A stretch of DNA of 32,000 nt from Propionibacterium freudenreichii subsp. freudenreichii (lineage in GTDB: Bacteria; Actinomycetota; Actinomycetes; Propionibacteriales; Propionibacteriaceae), in the NCBI RefSeq assembly GCF_000940845.1, contig NZ_CP010341.1, forward strand, positions 1,920,001-1,952,000. Reading direction: 5' to 3'. Below, piece after piece: positions 1 through 8,503 of the stretch; within the stretch, counting starts at the first letter, position 1, and every line of letters begins with the position of its first letter. Below the pieces are notes generated by a model, which did no database searches, was not told the DNA's origin, and saw nothing but the letters and a program-made list of their open reading frames with translations. Position numbers and translations under genes: made by a program.

Positions 1-1893
1 GGCGACCAAGATTGGCCGTCCGCGCTCGACGATCTTGGTGATCGGCGACCATACGTCCTGTGGACTCGTGGCGCTTCCTCGTTCCTGGCGCGACCGCTCC
101 GCGAGTTTGTCACGATCACCGGCGCCAGGGCCGCGACGTCCTACGGCGAGCACGTGGCCGGAGAACTGGCTTCCGACCTCGCCAACGCTGAGCGGGTCGT
201 GGTTGCGGGCGGTGCGTACGGCATCGAAGGAGCTGCCCATCGAGCGGCCCTGGCATCCGGTGGCGACACGATCGCGGTCATGGCGAACGGCGTTGATCGC
301 CCCTACCCGATGGGTCACCGCGAGCTACTTGAGCGAGTGGCGGACCTCGGCCTCATGGTCAGCGAGGTTCCACCCGGTGCCGTGCCTACGCGCCACCGCT
401 TCCTCGCTCGGGCGCGGCTGATGGCCGCGCTCTCCGCAGCAACCGTCGTAGTTGAGGCTGGCGTCCGCTCTGGATCGATGGCCGTCGCACGGCGCGCGCA
501 CGAGCTCGGCCGCGCCGTAGGTGCTGTTCCCGGTCCGGTGAGCAGCGCAACGAGTGTTGGTCCGCATCAGCTCCTGCGAGACCGCATCGCTTCCTTGGTG
601 GCGGCCCCGTTCGACTGGCTCGCCCAGGCGATGGGTGCCGCCGCCGGGTGGCTGTTCGACGCGGTCTGGTCGGTGTTCGACACCACCACGCTGGTGGATG
701 TCACCAAGCCCGGCTACGTCGCCGTCTACAACCTGCTGTTCGGCATCGCGGTCTTCGTGATGCTGATCTTCTTCTGCCTCCAACTCATCACCGGCCTGAT
801 CCGCCGAGACCCCACCGCGCTCACCCGTGCCGCGCTCGGGCTGGCGAAGTCTGTCCTCGGTTCGTTCGTGGTCATCACGCTCACGGCGCTGTTGTTGGAA
901 GTCGTCGATCAGCTGTGCATCGGGGTCGTGCAGGCTGCCGGGGAGACTACCGAATCGATGGGCGACAAGATCGCCCTCCTCGCAGCGGGACTGGTCGGCA
1001 TCAACATCGCTGCGCCCGGGGTCGGGGGGATCATCACCATCTTCATGGCCGGCCTCGCCATCACCGCTGCCGCGATCGTGTGGCTCTCGCTGCTGGTGAG
1101 GAAGGCGCTGCTGCTGGTCGCGGTGGTGTTCGCTCCGCTCGCGTTCAGCGGTGCATCCTGGGACGCCTCGCGTGGGTGGATCGGGAAGTGGGCGATGTTC
1201 GTCGTCGCCCTGATCTGCTCCAAGCTCGTCCTGGTCGTCATGTTCCTCGTGGCGATCACCCAAGTTTCCGCACCCATCGACGCGGACTTGGCGTCGGTCA
1301 GTGATCCCATCGCGGGGATCGTGCTGATGGCGATGGCCGCGTTCGCCCCGTATCTGACCTACAAGTTCATCGCGTTCGTCGGGTTCGACATGTACCACGC
1401 GATCGGCTCCGAACAGGACGCCAAGAGCGCCCTCAACCGCCCGATCCCGGTTCCGCCCAAGCCGCAAGGCGGCGCAGACCCGAAGAAGGTTCTCGACGGC
1501 AGCAGTGGCGGAGGGAACGCAGGTGGAAGCTCTGGCGGAGGGGGTGGGAGCAGCGCGCCACCGCCGCCGAAGACCCCGGCGCCGACACCCGCGGCGAGCG
1601 GCGGAGGCGCGGCAGGCGGAGGCGGAGCAGCCGCTGCCGGTCCCGTGGCCGCAGGCATGGTGGTTGGGGCGAGTGTCGCCAAGGGCGCCGCCACCGCCGG
1701 CCCCAAGGCCGGGACGGCGCTGGGAGCCCAGGGCGAGCACGCCGCCGACGCAGCAGCCCAGACACCACCACCGCCCGCAGCATCAACGGCGGAACCGCCG
1801 CCGAGCCCCGCGCCGCGCCCGCCAGGCGCTGACCCGTCACCGCCACCGCCGAAGCAGCCCCCGCCGCCTGCCCCACGCCCACCGAAGGAGTAG
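1..1893 (+). CDS. ORF entering from upstream of the window. A DprA/Smf-like Rossmann domain (nt 1 to about 600) continues without a stop into a TrbL/VirB6-like polytopic conjugation membrane protein with a Pro/Gly/Ala-rich tail (possible independent start ATG 631).
   Basis: Frame 1 is open from nt 1 to TAG 1891-1893. The N-terminal part shows the DprA motif order: VVAGGAYGIEGAAHRAAL, IAVMANGVDRPYP, RFLARARLMAAL, VVVEAGVRSGS, GAVPGPV, HQLLRD. From about nt 631 there are six to seven hydrophobic helices (FGIAVFVMLIFFCLQLITG, VLGSFVVITLTALLL, IITIFMAGLAITAAAIVWL, LLLVAVVFAPLAF, WAMFVVALICSKLVLVVMFLVAI, IVLMAMAAFAPYL), then a PPPP/GGGG low-complexity tail (nt about 1440-1890). It is the first gene in a T4SS gene string. 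Confidence 0.6.
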   Translation, partial: GDQDWPSALDDLGDRRPYVLWTRGASSFLARPLREFVTITGARAATSYGEHVAGELASDLANAERVVVAGGAYGIEGAAHRAALASGGDTIAVMANGVDRPYPMGHRELLERVADLGLMVSEVPPGAVPTRHRFLARARLMAALSAATVVVEAGVRSGSMAVARRAHELGRAVGAVPGPVSSATSVGPHQLLRDRIASLVAAPFDWLAQAMGAAAGWLFDAVWSVFDTTTLVDVTKPGYVAVYNLLFGIAVFVMLIFFCLQLITGLIRRDPTALTRAALGLAKSVLGSFVVITLTALLLEVVDQLCIGVVQAAGETTESMGDKIALLAAGLVGINIAAPGVGGIITIFMAGLAITAAAIVWLSLLVRKALLLVAVVFAPLAFSGASWDASRGWIGKWAMFVVALICSKLVLVVMFLVAITQVSAPIDADLASVSDPIAGIVLMAMAAFAPYLTYKFIAFVGFDMYHAIGSEQDAKSALNRPIPVPPKPQGGADPKKVLDGSSGGGNAGGSSGGGGGSSAPPPPKTPAPTPAASGGGAAGGGGAAAAGPVAAGMVVGASVAKGAATAGPKAGTALGAQGEHAADAAAQTPPPPAASTAEPPPSPAPRPPGADPSPPPPKQPPPPAPRPPKE

Positions 1894-1896
1894 ACG

Positions 1897-3366
1897 ATGA
1901 GCAGCACGAACAACGACCGGCAGACTGCGGGCGAGCTGGTGCCGGTGAAGTTCTCCCGCCTCACCCGACGCGGTGTCCTTCTCGGGCTGTCGCTGACCCA
2001 GCTCATCGCCCTCGCCATTGGTGGAGCGACGTTGATCGGCGCGTTCTATGCCGGCGGCGGGATGCTGCTGGCCTACACCGCACCGGTCTGGGTACTCGCC
2101 GCCGCACTGACCTGGATACCCATCGCGGGCCGACCGAACGTGGAATGGCTACCTATCGCCTGCTGGTGGCTGTGGCGCACCACCGGCGGGCAACTGCTGT
2201 ACCGGCGCCGGATCGTGGTGCCTCGCCCCGTCGGGACGCTCGCTCTGCCTGGTGACATGGCGCGGCTGCGTGAGTACACCGACCCTGACACGGGCGCTGG
2301 GATGATCCACGACCCGCACGCCGCCACCCTGACGGTGGTGTGTGAGGTCACGCATCCCGCGTTCGTGCTCCTCGATCCTGGCGAGCAGGAACGCCGCGTC
2401 ACATCCTGGGGCCGAGTCCTCGCGACCGTGTGCCGGTCCGGGCGCATCGCGACCCTGCAAGTTCTCGAACGCACCCTCCCAGACTCCGGCACCGGCCTGG
2501 CCGAATGGTGGGCCGCTCACGGCACCCCGGACGGGTCATGGGCCGCCGACACCTACGCCGAGTTGATTGAGCGTGCCGGTCCCGCCGGTGAGCGCCACGC
2601 CACCACGCTCTCGCTGTCGCTGGACATGCGAGCCAGTGCCCGGCAGATCAGAACCGCCGGTGGCGGGATACGCGGTGCAGCCGCCGTCCTGCGGCAAGAA
2701 ATGAGCACCCTGGTCGCTGCGCTCCGCTCCGCCGACCTGTCACCCTCGGGATGGCTCACCGCAGGGCAGATCGCGGTCATGCTGCGCTCGGCCTACGACC
2801 CGGCGATCGCCGCGACACTGGAACGTCACGGCCGGCTCGGCCAGTCGCTCGCGACAGCGGGACCAGTTGCAGTCACCGAGACCTGGGGCCGGTTGCGCAC
2901 CGACTCCGCTCACCATGCGGTGCTCTGGGTCAGCGAGTGGCCGCGGTCGCTGGTGTATCCGGGGTTCTTGTCGCCGGTGCTGCTGTCCACCGGCATCCAG
3001 CGCTCGTTCTCTCTGATCTGCACCCCGATGCGCTCCGACCAGGCCGCCCGCGACATCCGCAAGAAGAAGGTCGAGCACATCTCCGACCAAGCCCAGCGCG
3101 CGAAGATCGGCCAGATCGAAGACGCCTCCCAGACCGCCGAGTACCACGACGTGCTCCAGCAGGAAGCCGACCTCACCGCCGGGCACGGCATCCTGCGCTA
3201 CTCCGGCCTCATCGCCGTCTCCGCACCCACTATCGAAGAACTCGACGCCGCAGTCGCCGCCATCGAACAGGCCGCGATCCAGGCCTCCTGCGAGACCCGA
3301 CTCCTCGTCGGACAGCAAGCCGCCGCCTTCACCGCCGCAGCGCTCCCGCTCTGTCGCAGGGTGTAG
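1897..3366 (+). CDS. Conjugation membrane protein, SCO6880-like. It has a PrgI/VirB3-like N-terminal pair of TM helices plus a large soluble domain.
   Basis: ATG 1897 lies 3 nt after the upstream stop. The N-terminus reads FSRLTRRGVLLGLSLTQLIALAIGGATLIGAFYA, with a second TM AYTAPVWVLAAALTWIPI, followed by about 380 aa of soluble sequence. The family assignment is recalled from the pattern and the T4SS context and was not searched. Confidence 0.6.
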   Translation: MSSTNNDRQTAGELVPVKFSRLTRRGVLLGLSLTQLIALAIGGATLIGAFYAGGGMLLAYTAPVWVLAAALTWIPIAGRPNVEWLPIACWWLWRTTGGQLLYRRRIVVPRPVGTLALPGDMARLREYTDPDTGAGMIHDPHAATLTVVCEVTHPAFVLLDPGEQERRVTSWGRVLATVCRSGRIATLQVLERTLPDSGTGLAEWWAAHGTPDGSWAADTYAELIERAGPAGERHATTLSLSLDMRASARQIRTAGGGIRGAAAVLRQEMSTLVAALRSADLSPSGWLTAGQIAVMLRSAYDPAIAATLERHGRLGQSLATAGPVAVTETWGRLRTDSAHHAVLWVSEWPRSLVYPGFLSPVLLSTGIQRSFSLICTPMRSDQAARDIRKKKVEHISDQAQRAKIGQIEDASQTAEYHDVLQQEADLTAGHGILRYSGLIAVSAPTIEELDAAVAAIEQAAIQASCETRLLVGQQAAAFTAAALPLCRRV

Positions 3367-3369
3367 AGG

Positions 3370-5064
3370 CTATGCGGACGGCAACTCAGCAGCAGAGGCA
3401 ATGGCAGCCCGAGCTTCGGTGCGACCAGAAGCGCCATCTGCGATCACAGTCACCAGGGCATCGATGCTCTCGTGGTCGGCGTCAGCAGGGAACATCCACT
3501 GGACGTCACTTCGTTCTGTAGTGACGCCGATGGTTGGCCGCACTCGCTCTCCGTGATTCGTTCTCGGACGCACGTACTTCACCTCATCGAGTGGGTACGT
3601 GGTGCCGAGCTCGCCACGACGTAGAAGCGCCTTCGGTGTCGCGGTGACGATTCGACGGTCTGTCACCGCGACAAAGGTGCTGGACGTGAGCATTTCGGCC
3701 ATCGCGCCGGCCCTTCCGGGGGCGAGCGCGTCCCAGGCCGTATCGACACGCTTGGCCAGGAGCACTGGCACCACTCCTGCGAGGTTGTGTGCGCCGGTCT
3801 CGTACGGGAATGCAATGCTGCGGAGTTGTTCACCGTCTTCCAGGAACCACCGAAGCACGTGCAGATAGGGATCAAGATCGAGCCCTTCGGGTGCGCACAC
3901 TGTGGACGGCACTGCTGGCATCTCGACTGCTGGCTGGAGCATGTCGGCCAGGGGCTCGATGGCTTCGAGGAGCTGCTTGCACGTGAGCTGAGACGCCTTT
4001 GCATCTTTCCGCTTCTTCGTGAGAGGCACGGTAGCGCGACCGGGGAGCTCGGCGATGATCCGCAACTCACGCACGAGTGACTCGGTCAACGAGCGGATTT
4101 CGGAGAGCGACTCGTTGATCTCGGCGGGAGTGTTCCGGGCGATCCGGTCGAAGAGCTGCGCTTCGCTCTCGTCATTGGTGCTTCGTGTTCTGGCGAGGGC
4201 AGCCCGGACCGCCTGGTACTCCGCGTGGGTCTTCAGCGAGCTGAGCAACGCGTAGGTATCGAAGACGATTGCTTCGGCGTTGGATTCGAGGTACTGGCGG
4301 CGAGCGCGACCCTCCACCTTCCCGAGTTCCTGGACGTGGCCTGCCACGTTCTTTCGGTACAGCTTCAGTTGCTTGCGGATGTTGGGGCCGCTGGGAGCGA
4401 TGGGCTCCCAGACAGAGTCTGTGATGGCGTCGAGTTCGCGGGTCTCCTTGACCGCCTCATCGACGGACTCGGCCAGTCCTTCAAGCTCCGCCCATTGCTC
4501 GTTTCGGATGGCTTTGAGCGTCTGCGTCGTGAGCTGGATGTTGGTACGAACGAGGCCGGATATCTCGCCGAGCTGCATTTGGAGCGCGATCATGGCGACG
4601 GCCGGGCCGATGGCTGCGATCGCTGTAGCGGCTGTCATCGAAGCGGGGATGAAACGCGCCTGGGCGACCAGTTCGCCGTTCTTGAAGATCGCCCCGAGCT
4701 TGGCGCCGTCCTTTGCTGCCATCTGTCCGCCGCTCTTCAGCAGGGACAGCGTGGCGTCGTTGACGCGGAAGAGGCCTTGCGCGCTCGATACAGCTTCCGC
4801 AACGTTTCCGACGATGGTGCCTGCGTTGCCGAGGGAGCCAAGGGCGGTGGAGAGCTGGGCGCGGTCAAAGGAAGGCACCATGTCGAGGCTGATGAGTTCA
4901 AGACCGTCGGGGACTTCGCCGAATACGACTGCGACACCTGGTGTCACCTCGACGAGGATCGTGGACGTTGCGAGTTCAAGCGCGTCGGACCTGATCTGAC
5001 CATCTTCTTTGGCCTGCCCGCCAATAGCCTCGTCGCTACCGGACTCGCCGCGCGCGTCGTCCAT
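3370..5064 (-). CDS. Hypothetical 564-aa protein. It has an acidic N-terminus, one strongly hydrophobic helix, a long helical/coiled-coil region and a C-terminal bacterial-PH-like region. No family was recognised.
   Basis: ATG at 5064 is preceded by SD GAAGGAGAG (5070-5078 on the plus-strand complement). The track ORF 3370-5208 is trimmed to this start. The hydrophobic helix ASMTAATAIAAIGPAVAMIALQMQL maps to nt 4570-4644. The C-terminal motif FVAVTDRRIVTAT...YPLDEVKYV...VQWMF resembles bPH/YokE-type domains at pattern level only. Confidence 0.7.
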   Translation of the reverse strand: MDDARGESGSDEAIGGQAKEDGQIRSDALELATSTILVEVTPGVAVVFGEVPDGLELISLDMVPSFDRAQLSTALGSLGNAGTIVGNVAEAVSSAQGLFRVNDATLSLLKSGGQMAAKDGAKLGAIFKNGELVAQARFIPASMTAATAIAAIGPAVAMIALQMQLGEISGLVRTNIQLTTQTLKAIRNEQWAELEGLAESVDEAVKETRELDAITDSVWEPIAPSGPNIRKQLKLYRKNVAGHVQELGKVEGRARRQYLESNAEAIVFDTYALLSSLKTHAEYQAVRAALARTRSTNDESEAQLFDRIARNTPAEINESLSEIRSLTESLVRELRIIAELPGRATVPLTKKRKDAKASQLTCKQLLEAIEPLADMLQPAVEMPAVPSTVCAPEGLDLDPYLHVLRWFLEDGEQLRSIAFPYETGAHNLAGVVPVLLAKRVDTAWDALAPGRAGAMAEMLTSSTFVAVTDRRIVTATPKALLRRGELGTTYPLDEVKYVRPRTNHGERVRPTIGVTTERSDVQWMFPADADHESIDALVTVIADGASGRTEARAAIASAAELPSA

Positions 5065-5200
5065 GTGGGCTCTCCTTCTCGCCGGTGACTGCCTCGTGCC
5101 TCCCTCCGACGCCTCCATCAAGTATGTCACAGCCACCTCCGACAGCCCCGGGTGCTTCACAGCGCACCTCCTCATCACACGACTCCCGAGGAGGCCGACC

Positions 5201-6028
5201 ATGCCCACGTTCTTCGATTCGACTGCTGACGCTGCTGAGGCGTCCGAGGCTTTGCGGGGGTTGGCTCATGCGAGCCGTGCGTTCGATCAGCCTGCGCAGA
5301 TGTACGGGGTGATCGGCGATCTGTCGTCGGGGATGCGGTCGCTGCGGCAGGTGCTCGATCAGATCGCCGATGTTCACGAGCGCAAGGCCGCGCACGCGTT
5401 CAATGACGACGGCAACCACGAGGCCGGAGTGCGGGATGCGTTGGCTGCTGCGGAGGAGTTGCACCTGGCGGCGAGCCTCGTAGATCGGGCCTACGACCGG
5501 ATCGCCGAGGGTTTCATCGCGGCCGGCCGGATCGCATGGCATCCTGACCCCGCCGTCGAGGAGGCCGCACCGTCCAGGTGGGTCAACGTGGTGTTCCTCC
5601 AGGGTGATGAGGCCGACAGGCCGTTGCGCATCCTCGGCGAGCTGGGGCATGTCGACGCGGTGGACTTCCTCGCGCAGTGGGACTACGGAGATGAGACCAC
5701 GCAGGCTGCGCTGGAGAACGGGTACGTCTACGACGAGCCCGGCGATGCCACCAACGACCAGGTGGCGATCTCCGGCGACTACGCGCTGGTCGTCAACCCG
5801 CACCTCGGCTACGTCTCGCTGCTGCGCCGCTACACCGAACCCGGTGCCGAGGCTCAGGAAGCCGAGCAGGCCGGGCCGTCCCCGATGCGGGACGGCCCGG
5901 AGTTGCTGGTGTCGTACTCGTCGCCAGGCGCACCGAAGCGGACGGATGCTCCTTCGAAGCGGGAGGGGTCGTGGTTTGAGCCGGCGAAGATCGCTGCGGT
6001 GAAGCAGGCGCGAGGGCTGGGGCTGTGA
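5201..6028 (+). CDS. Hypothetical 275-aa protein (helical N-terminal half, mixed C-terminal half), translationally coupled to the downstream ATPase.
   Basis: ATG 5201 is preceded by SD GAGGAGG (5188-5194). Its stop TGA 6026-6028 overlaps the GTG 6025 start of the next gene (GTGA). The track ORF 5009-6028 is trimmed to this start. No motif was recognised. Confidence 0.7.
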   Translation: MPTFFDSTADAAEASEALRGLAHASRAFDQPAQMYGVIGDLSSGMRSLRQVLDQIADVHERKAAHAFNDDGNHEAGVRDALAAAEELHLAASLVDRAYDRIAEGFIAAGRIAWHPDPAVEEAAPSRWVNVVFLQGDEADRPLRILGELGHVDAVDFLAQWDYGDETTQAALENGYVYDEPGDATNDQVAISGDYALVVNPHLGYVSLLRRYTEPGAEAQEAEQAGPSPMRDGPELLVSYSSPGAPKRTDAPSKREGSWFEPAKIAAVKQARGLGL

Positions 6029-7524
6029 CCCAGGATTGGGAGCGGCTGCACACCGCCGTTCTGGTGGCACCGTCGAAGGAACGGCGGAAGCTCCGTAAGC
6101 AGCGCCGTCGGGCAGAGGCACGGCTCCATGCCGAGCAGCGCAAGTCCGCGCTTGCGGCCGCGAAGGCGAAGGCTGAGCAGGAGCGGGCCGAGCGGCGCGC
6201 CACGGTCTACCTGCCGAAGGCCGGCGAGGCGGGTGCCGCGCGGTTGCGGACGCCGGGCCGGTTTCATCTGACGCGGCATCAGGACACGTCGGCGACGTTG
6301 GCGGGTGCGTATCCGTTCGTCGCCGAGGGTGGTCTCGGTGCGGATGGGGTGTTCGTGGGGCAGGACCTGTATTCGGGTGGGAGTTTCGTCTACGACCCGT
6401 GGGTGCTGTACGCGCGCGGGATCATCACCGCACCGAACGTGGTGGTGGCCGGGATCGTCGGCTCGGGGAAGTCGAGCCTCGCGAAGTCGCTGCACACGAG
6501 GTCGTTGCCGTTCGGGCGGCGCGTGTATGTTCCCGGCGATCCGAAGGGCGAGCACACCGCGGTCGCCAACGCTGTCGGCGGACGCGCGATCGTGCTCGGC
6601 CACGGCCTCAACACCCGCCTGAACCCACTCGATGAAGGTCACCGGCCCAGCGGCCTGTCGGATGAGCAGTGGGCCTCCACGGTTGCGGCGCGGCGGCGTG
6701 ACCTGATCGGCGCACTGGCCGAGACGGTGCTCGCGCGCGGGTTGTCGCCGTTGGAGCACACCGCGATCGACATCGCCCTGACCCAGACGGTGCGGGAGAA
6801 CGACGTGCCGATCCTGCCGATGGTCGTCGATCACATTCTCGCCCCGAGCTCGGATGCCGACGGCCGGTTGGCCGAGGACGGCAGGCTCGTCGGTCACGCG
6901 CTGCGCCGTCTCGTCGCGGGCGACTTGGCCGGATTGTTCGATGGGCCTTCGACGGTCGCGTTTGATCCGTCGTTGCCGATGATCTCGCTCGATCTCTCGC
7001 GGGTCACCGAGAACTCGACCCTGATTTCGGTGTTGATGACGTGCTCGTCGGCGTGGATGGAGTCCGCGTTGCTCGATCCGAACGGTGGGCAGCGGTGGGT
7101 GATCTACGACGAGGCGTGGCGGCTCATGTCCCACCCGGCGCTGTTGCGGCGGATGGATGCGCACTGGCGACTCGCGCGGCATTACGGGATCGCGAACATG
7201 CTGATCTTCCACAAGCTCACCGATCTCGACAACGTGGGCGACCAGGGCTCCGCTATGCGTTCGCTGGCCAACTCGCTGCTGGCGAATGCAGAGACGAGGA
7301 TCGTGTACCGGCAGGAGTCCGACCAGCTCGGGCCGACCGCGAAGGCTCTCGGGCTGACCGGGACCGAGCAGCAGCTCTTGCCGAACCTCGGCGTCGGACA
7401 AGGCCTGTGGCGGATCAAGGCCAGGAGCTTCGTCTGCCAACACCAACTCCACCCCGACGAACTCGCCCTATTCGACACCAGCAGCCGTGCAGCCGGGAGA
7501 AGCCCGCGAGTCTATGACATGTGA
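6025..7524 (+). CDS. Conjugative T4SS ATPase, VirB4/TraC-like (DUF87-type ATP-binding protein).
   Basis: Walker A GIVGSGKSSLAKS and Walker B RWVIYDEAWRL are present, with a Lys/Arg-rich N-terminus. It lies in the same string as the TrbL-like gene and the coupling protein. Confidence 0.85.
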   Translation: MTQDWERLHTAVLVAPSKERRKLRKQRRRAEARLHAEQRKSALAAAKAKAEQERAERRATVYLPKAGEAGAARLRTPGRFHLTRHQDTSATLAGAYPFVAEGGLGADGVFVGQDLYSGGSFVYDPWVLYARGIITAPNVVVAGIVGSGKSSLAKSLHTRSLPFGRRVYVPGDPKGEHTAVANAVGGRAIVLGHGLNTRLNPLDEGHRPSGLSDEQWASTVAARRRDLIGALAETVLARGLSPLEHTAIDIALTQTVRENDVPILPMVVDHILAPSSDADGRLAEDGRLVGHALRRLVAGDLAGLFDGPSTVAFDPSLPMISLDLSRVTENSTLISVLMTCSSAWMESALLDPNGGQRWVIYDEAWRLMSHPALLRRMDAHWRLARHYGIANMLIFHKLTDLDNVGDQGSAMRSLANSLLANAETRIVYRQESDQLGPTAKALGLTGTEQQLLPNLGVGQGLWRIKARSFVCQHQLHPDELALFDTSSRAAGRSPRVYDM

Positions 7525-8377
7525 GCCGCTGGCTGCCGGTCGGCGACCCAGCTGCGCAGCATGTCTAGAGCGTCCGCGGACGGGGTGCCGGGCTCTGGCA
7601 GATAGGTCGTGATCGAAAGGCCTGGCGTGGATTGGATCGCGAGCACGTCATAGCCGATGGTCAACTCGCCGACGACAGGATGGTTCAGGCGTTTCGTGCC
7701 GCTGGTGTGCGTGCGGACGGTGTGCGCACCCCACCAGGTGCGGAACTGGTCGCTGTGCGTCGAGAGTTCCCCAACAAGGCTCATCAGGGCGCGGTCGGCG
7801 GGGTCGTGCCCGGCAAGCAGGCGCAAGGCCGAGACGGATTCGCGGGCGCTTTTCTCCCAGTCGGGGTAGAACTCCTGCGACCGCGGATCGAGGAACAGAT
7901 ACCTTGTGTGGTTCAACGGCGGAGCGTTCTCCGGGAACAGGTGCGGGAACAGGGCCCGACCCAGCGCGTTCGATGCGGCCGGGTCGCCGAGCCGGGTAAG
8001 GGAGATCGCGGGTACATCTCGCATCGCGTCCAGCATCCGCGCGATTCGCTCCGATACCCGTGGTGCAGGCTTGACGCGCCCTGGCCTGCGGGGGCCGGTC
8101 GCGGTGCGGGCGAGATCGAGCAGGTGCGTTGTCTCCACGTCGTCCAGGTGGAGGGCCCGGGCGAGGGCGTAGAGGACGGACTCGGAGACCCCGGCGAGGT
8201 TCCCACGCTCCATGCGCGTGTAGTACGCGGTGGAGACCCCAGCGAGTTGAGCGACCTCCTCGCGGCGCAGGCCCGGAACCCGGCGTTCTCCGCCGAAAAT
8301 CGTCGCCCGGCCTGCTCTGGGGTCAGGCGGGCACGCAACGCGGTGAGGAACTGCTGCACCTCCCGCTTATTGTCCAT
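7512..8377 (-). pseudogene. XRE-family HTH / MmyB-like ligand-binding transcriptional regulator, disrupted by a 1-nt frameshift near nt 8301-8310 (or a sequencing error).
   Basis: ATG 8377 gives MDNKREVQQFLTALRARLTPEQAG in one frame. The expected continuation IFGGERRVPGLRREEVAQLAGVSTAYYTRMERGNLAGVSESVL... is in the next frame and runs to the stop at 7512-7514. The total length of 866 nt is not a multiple of 3. The C-terminal part (RYLFLDPRSQEFYPDWE...WWGAHTV) is typical of MmyB-like domains. Confidence 0.75.
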
Positions 8378-8404
8378 ACCCTCAAGGTTACGACCGCACG
8401 CTGT

Positions 8405-8439
8405 GGGGCTGGGAGTCATGGCCGGTATCTCCCAGCCCC
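8405..8439. promoter_or_regulatory. Perfect 11-13-11 inverted repeat (GGGGCTGGGAG-N13-CTCCCAGCCCC) in the divergent regulator/reductase intergenic region. Candidate operator.
   Basis: Read directly from the sequence: the left arm is 8405-8415 and the right arm 8429-8439. It lies 28-62 nt upstream of the regulator ATG (8377) and 65-99 nt upstream of the reductase ATG (8504). Confidence 0.35.
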
Positions 8440-8503
8440 TGGTGGCGTGGGTGATAACAGCAGTGTCTCCCGCACCCGGCCGCCTGGTGCCTAGCGTGGA
8501 CGT

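Noticed and set aside
325-1740. 471-aa minus-strand ORF antisense to the DprA/TrbL ORF.
   Set aside because: It is a shadow ORF typical of high-GC DNA. The product is Arg/Gly/His/Asp-rich with no motifs. The plus-strand frame has coherent TM helices and DprA motifs.
1440-1890. Repetitive GGC/CCG-rich stretch as a tandem repeat or CRISPR-like array.
   Set aside because: It is in-frame low-complexity coding sequence (Pro/Gly/Ala tail of the TrbL-like protein). It has no regular unit and no spacer structure.
5854-7452. 532-aa minus-strand ORF antisense to the VirB4-like ATPase.
   Set aside because: Its composition (R/P/Q/H-rich) fits antisense translation. The plus frame carries Walker A and B motifs.
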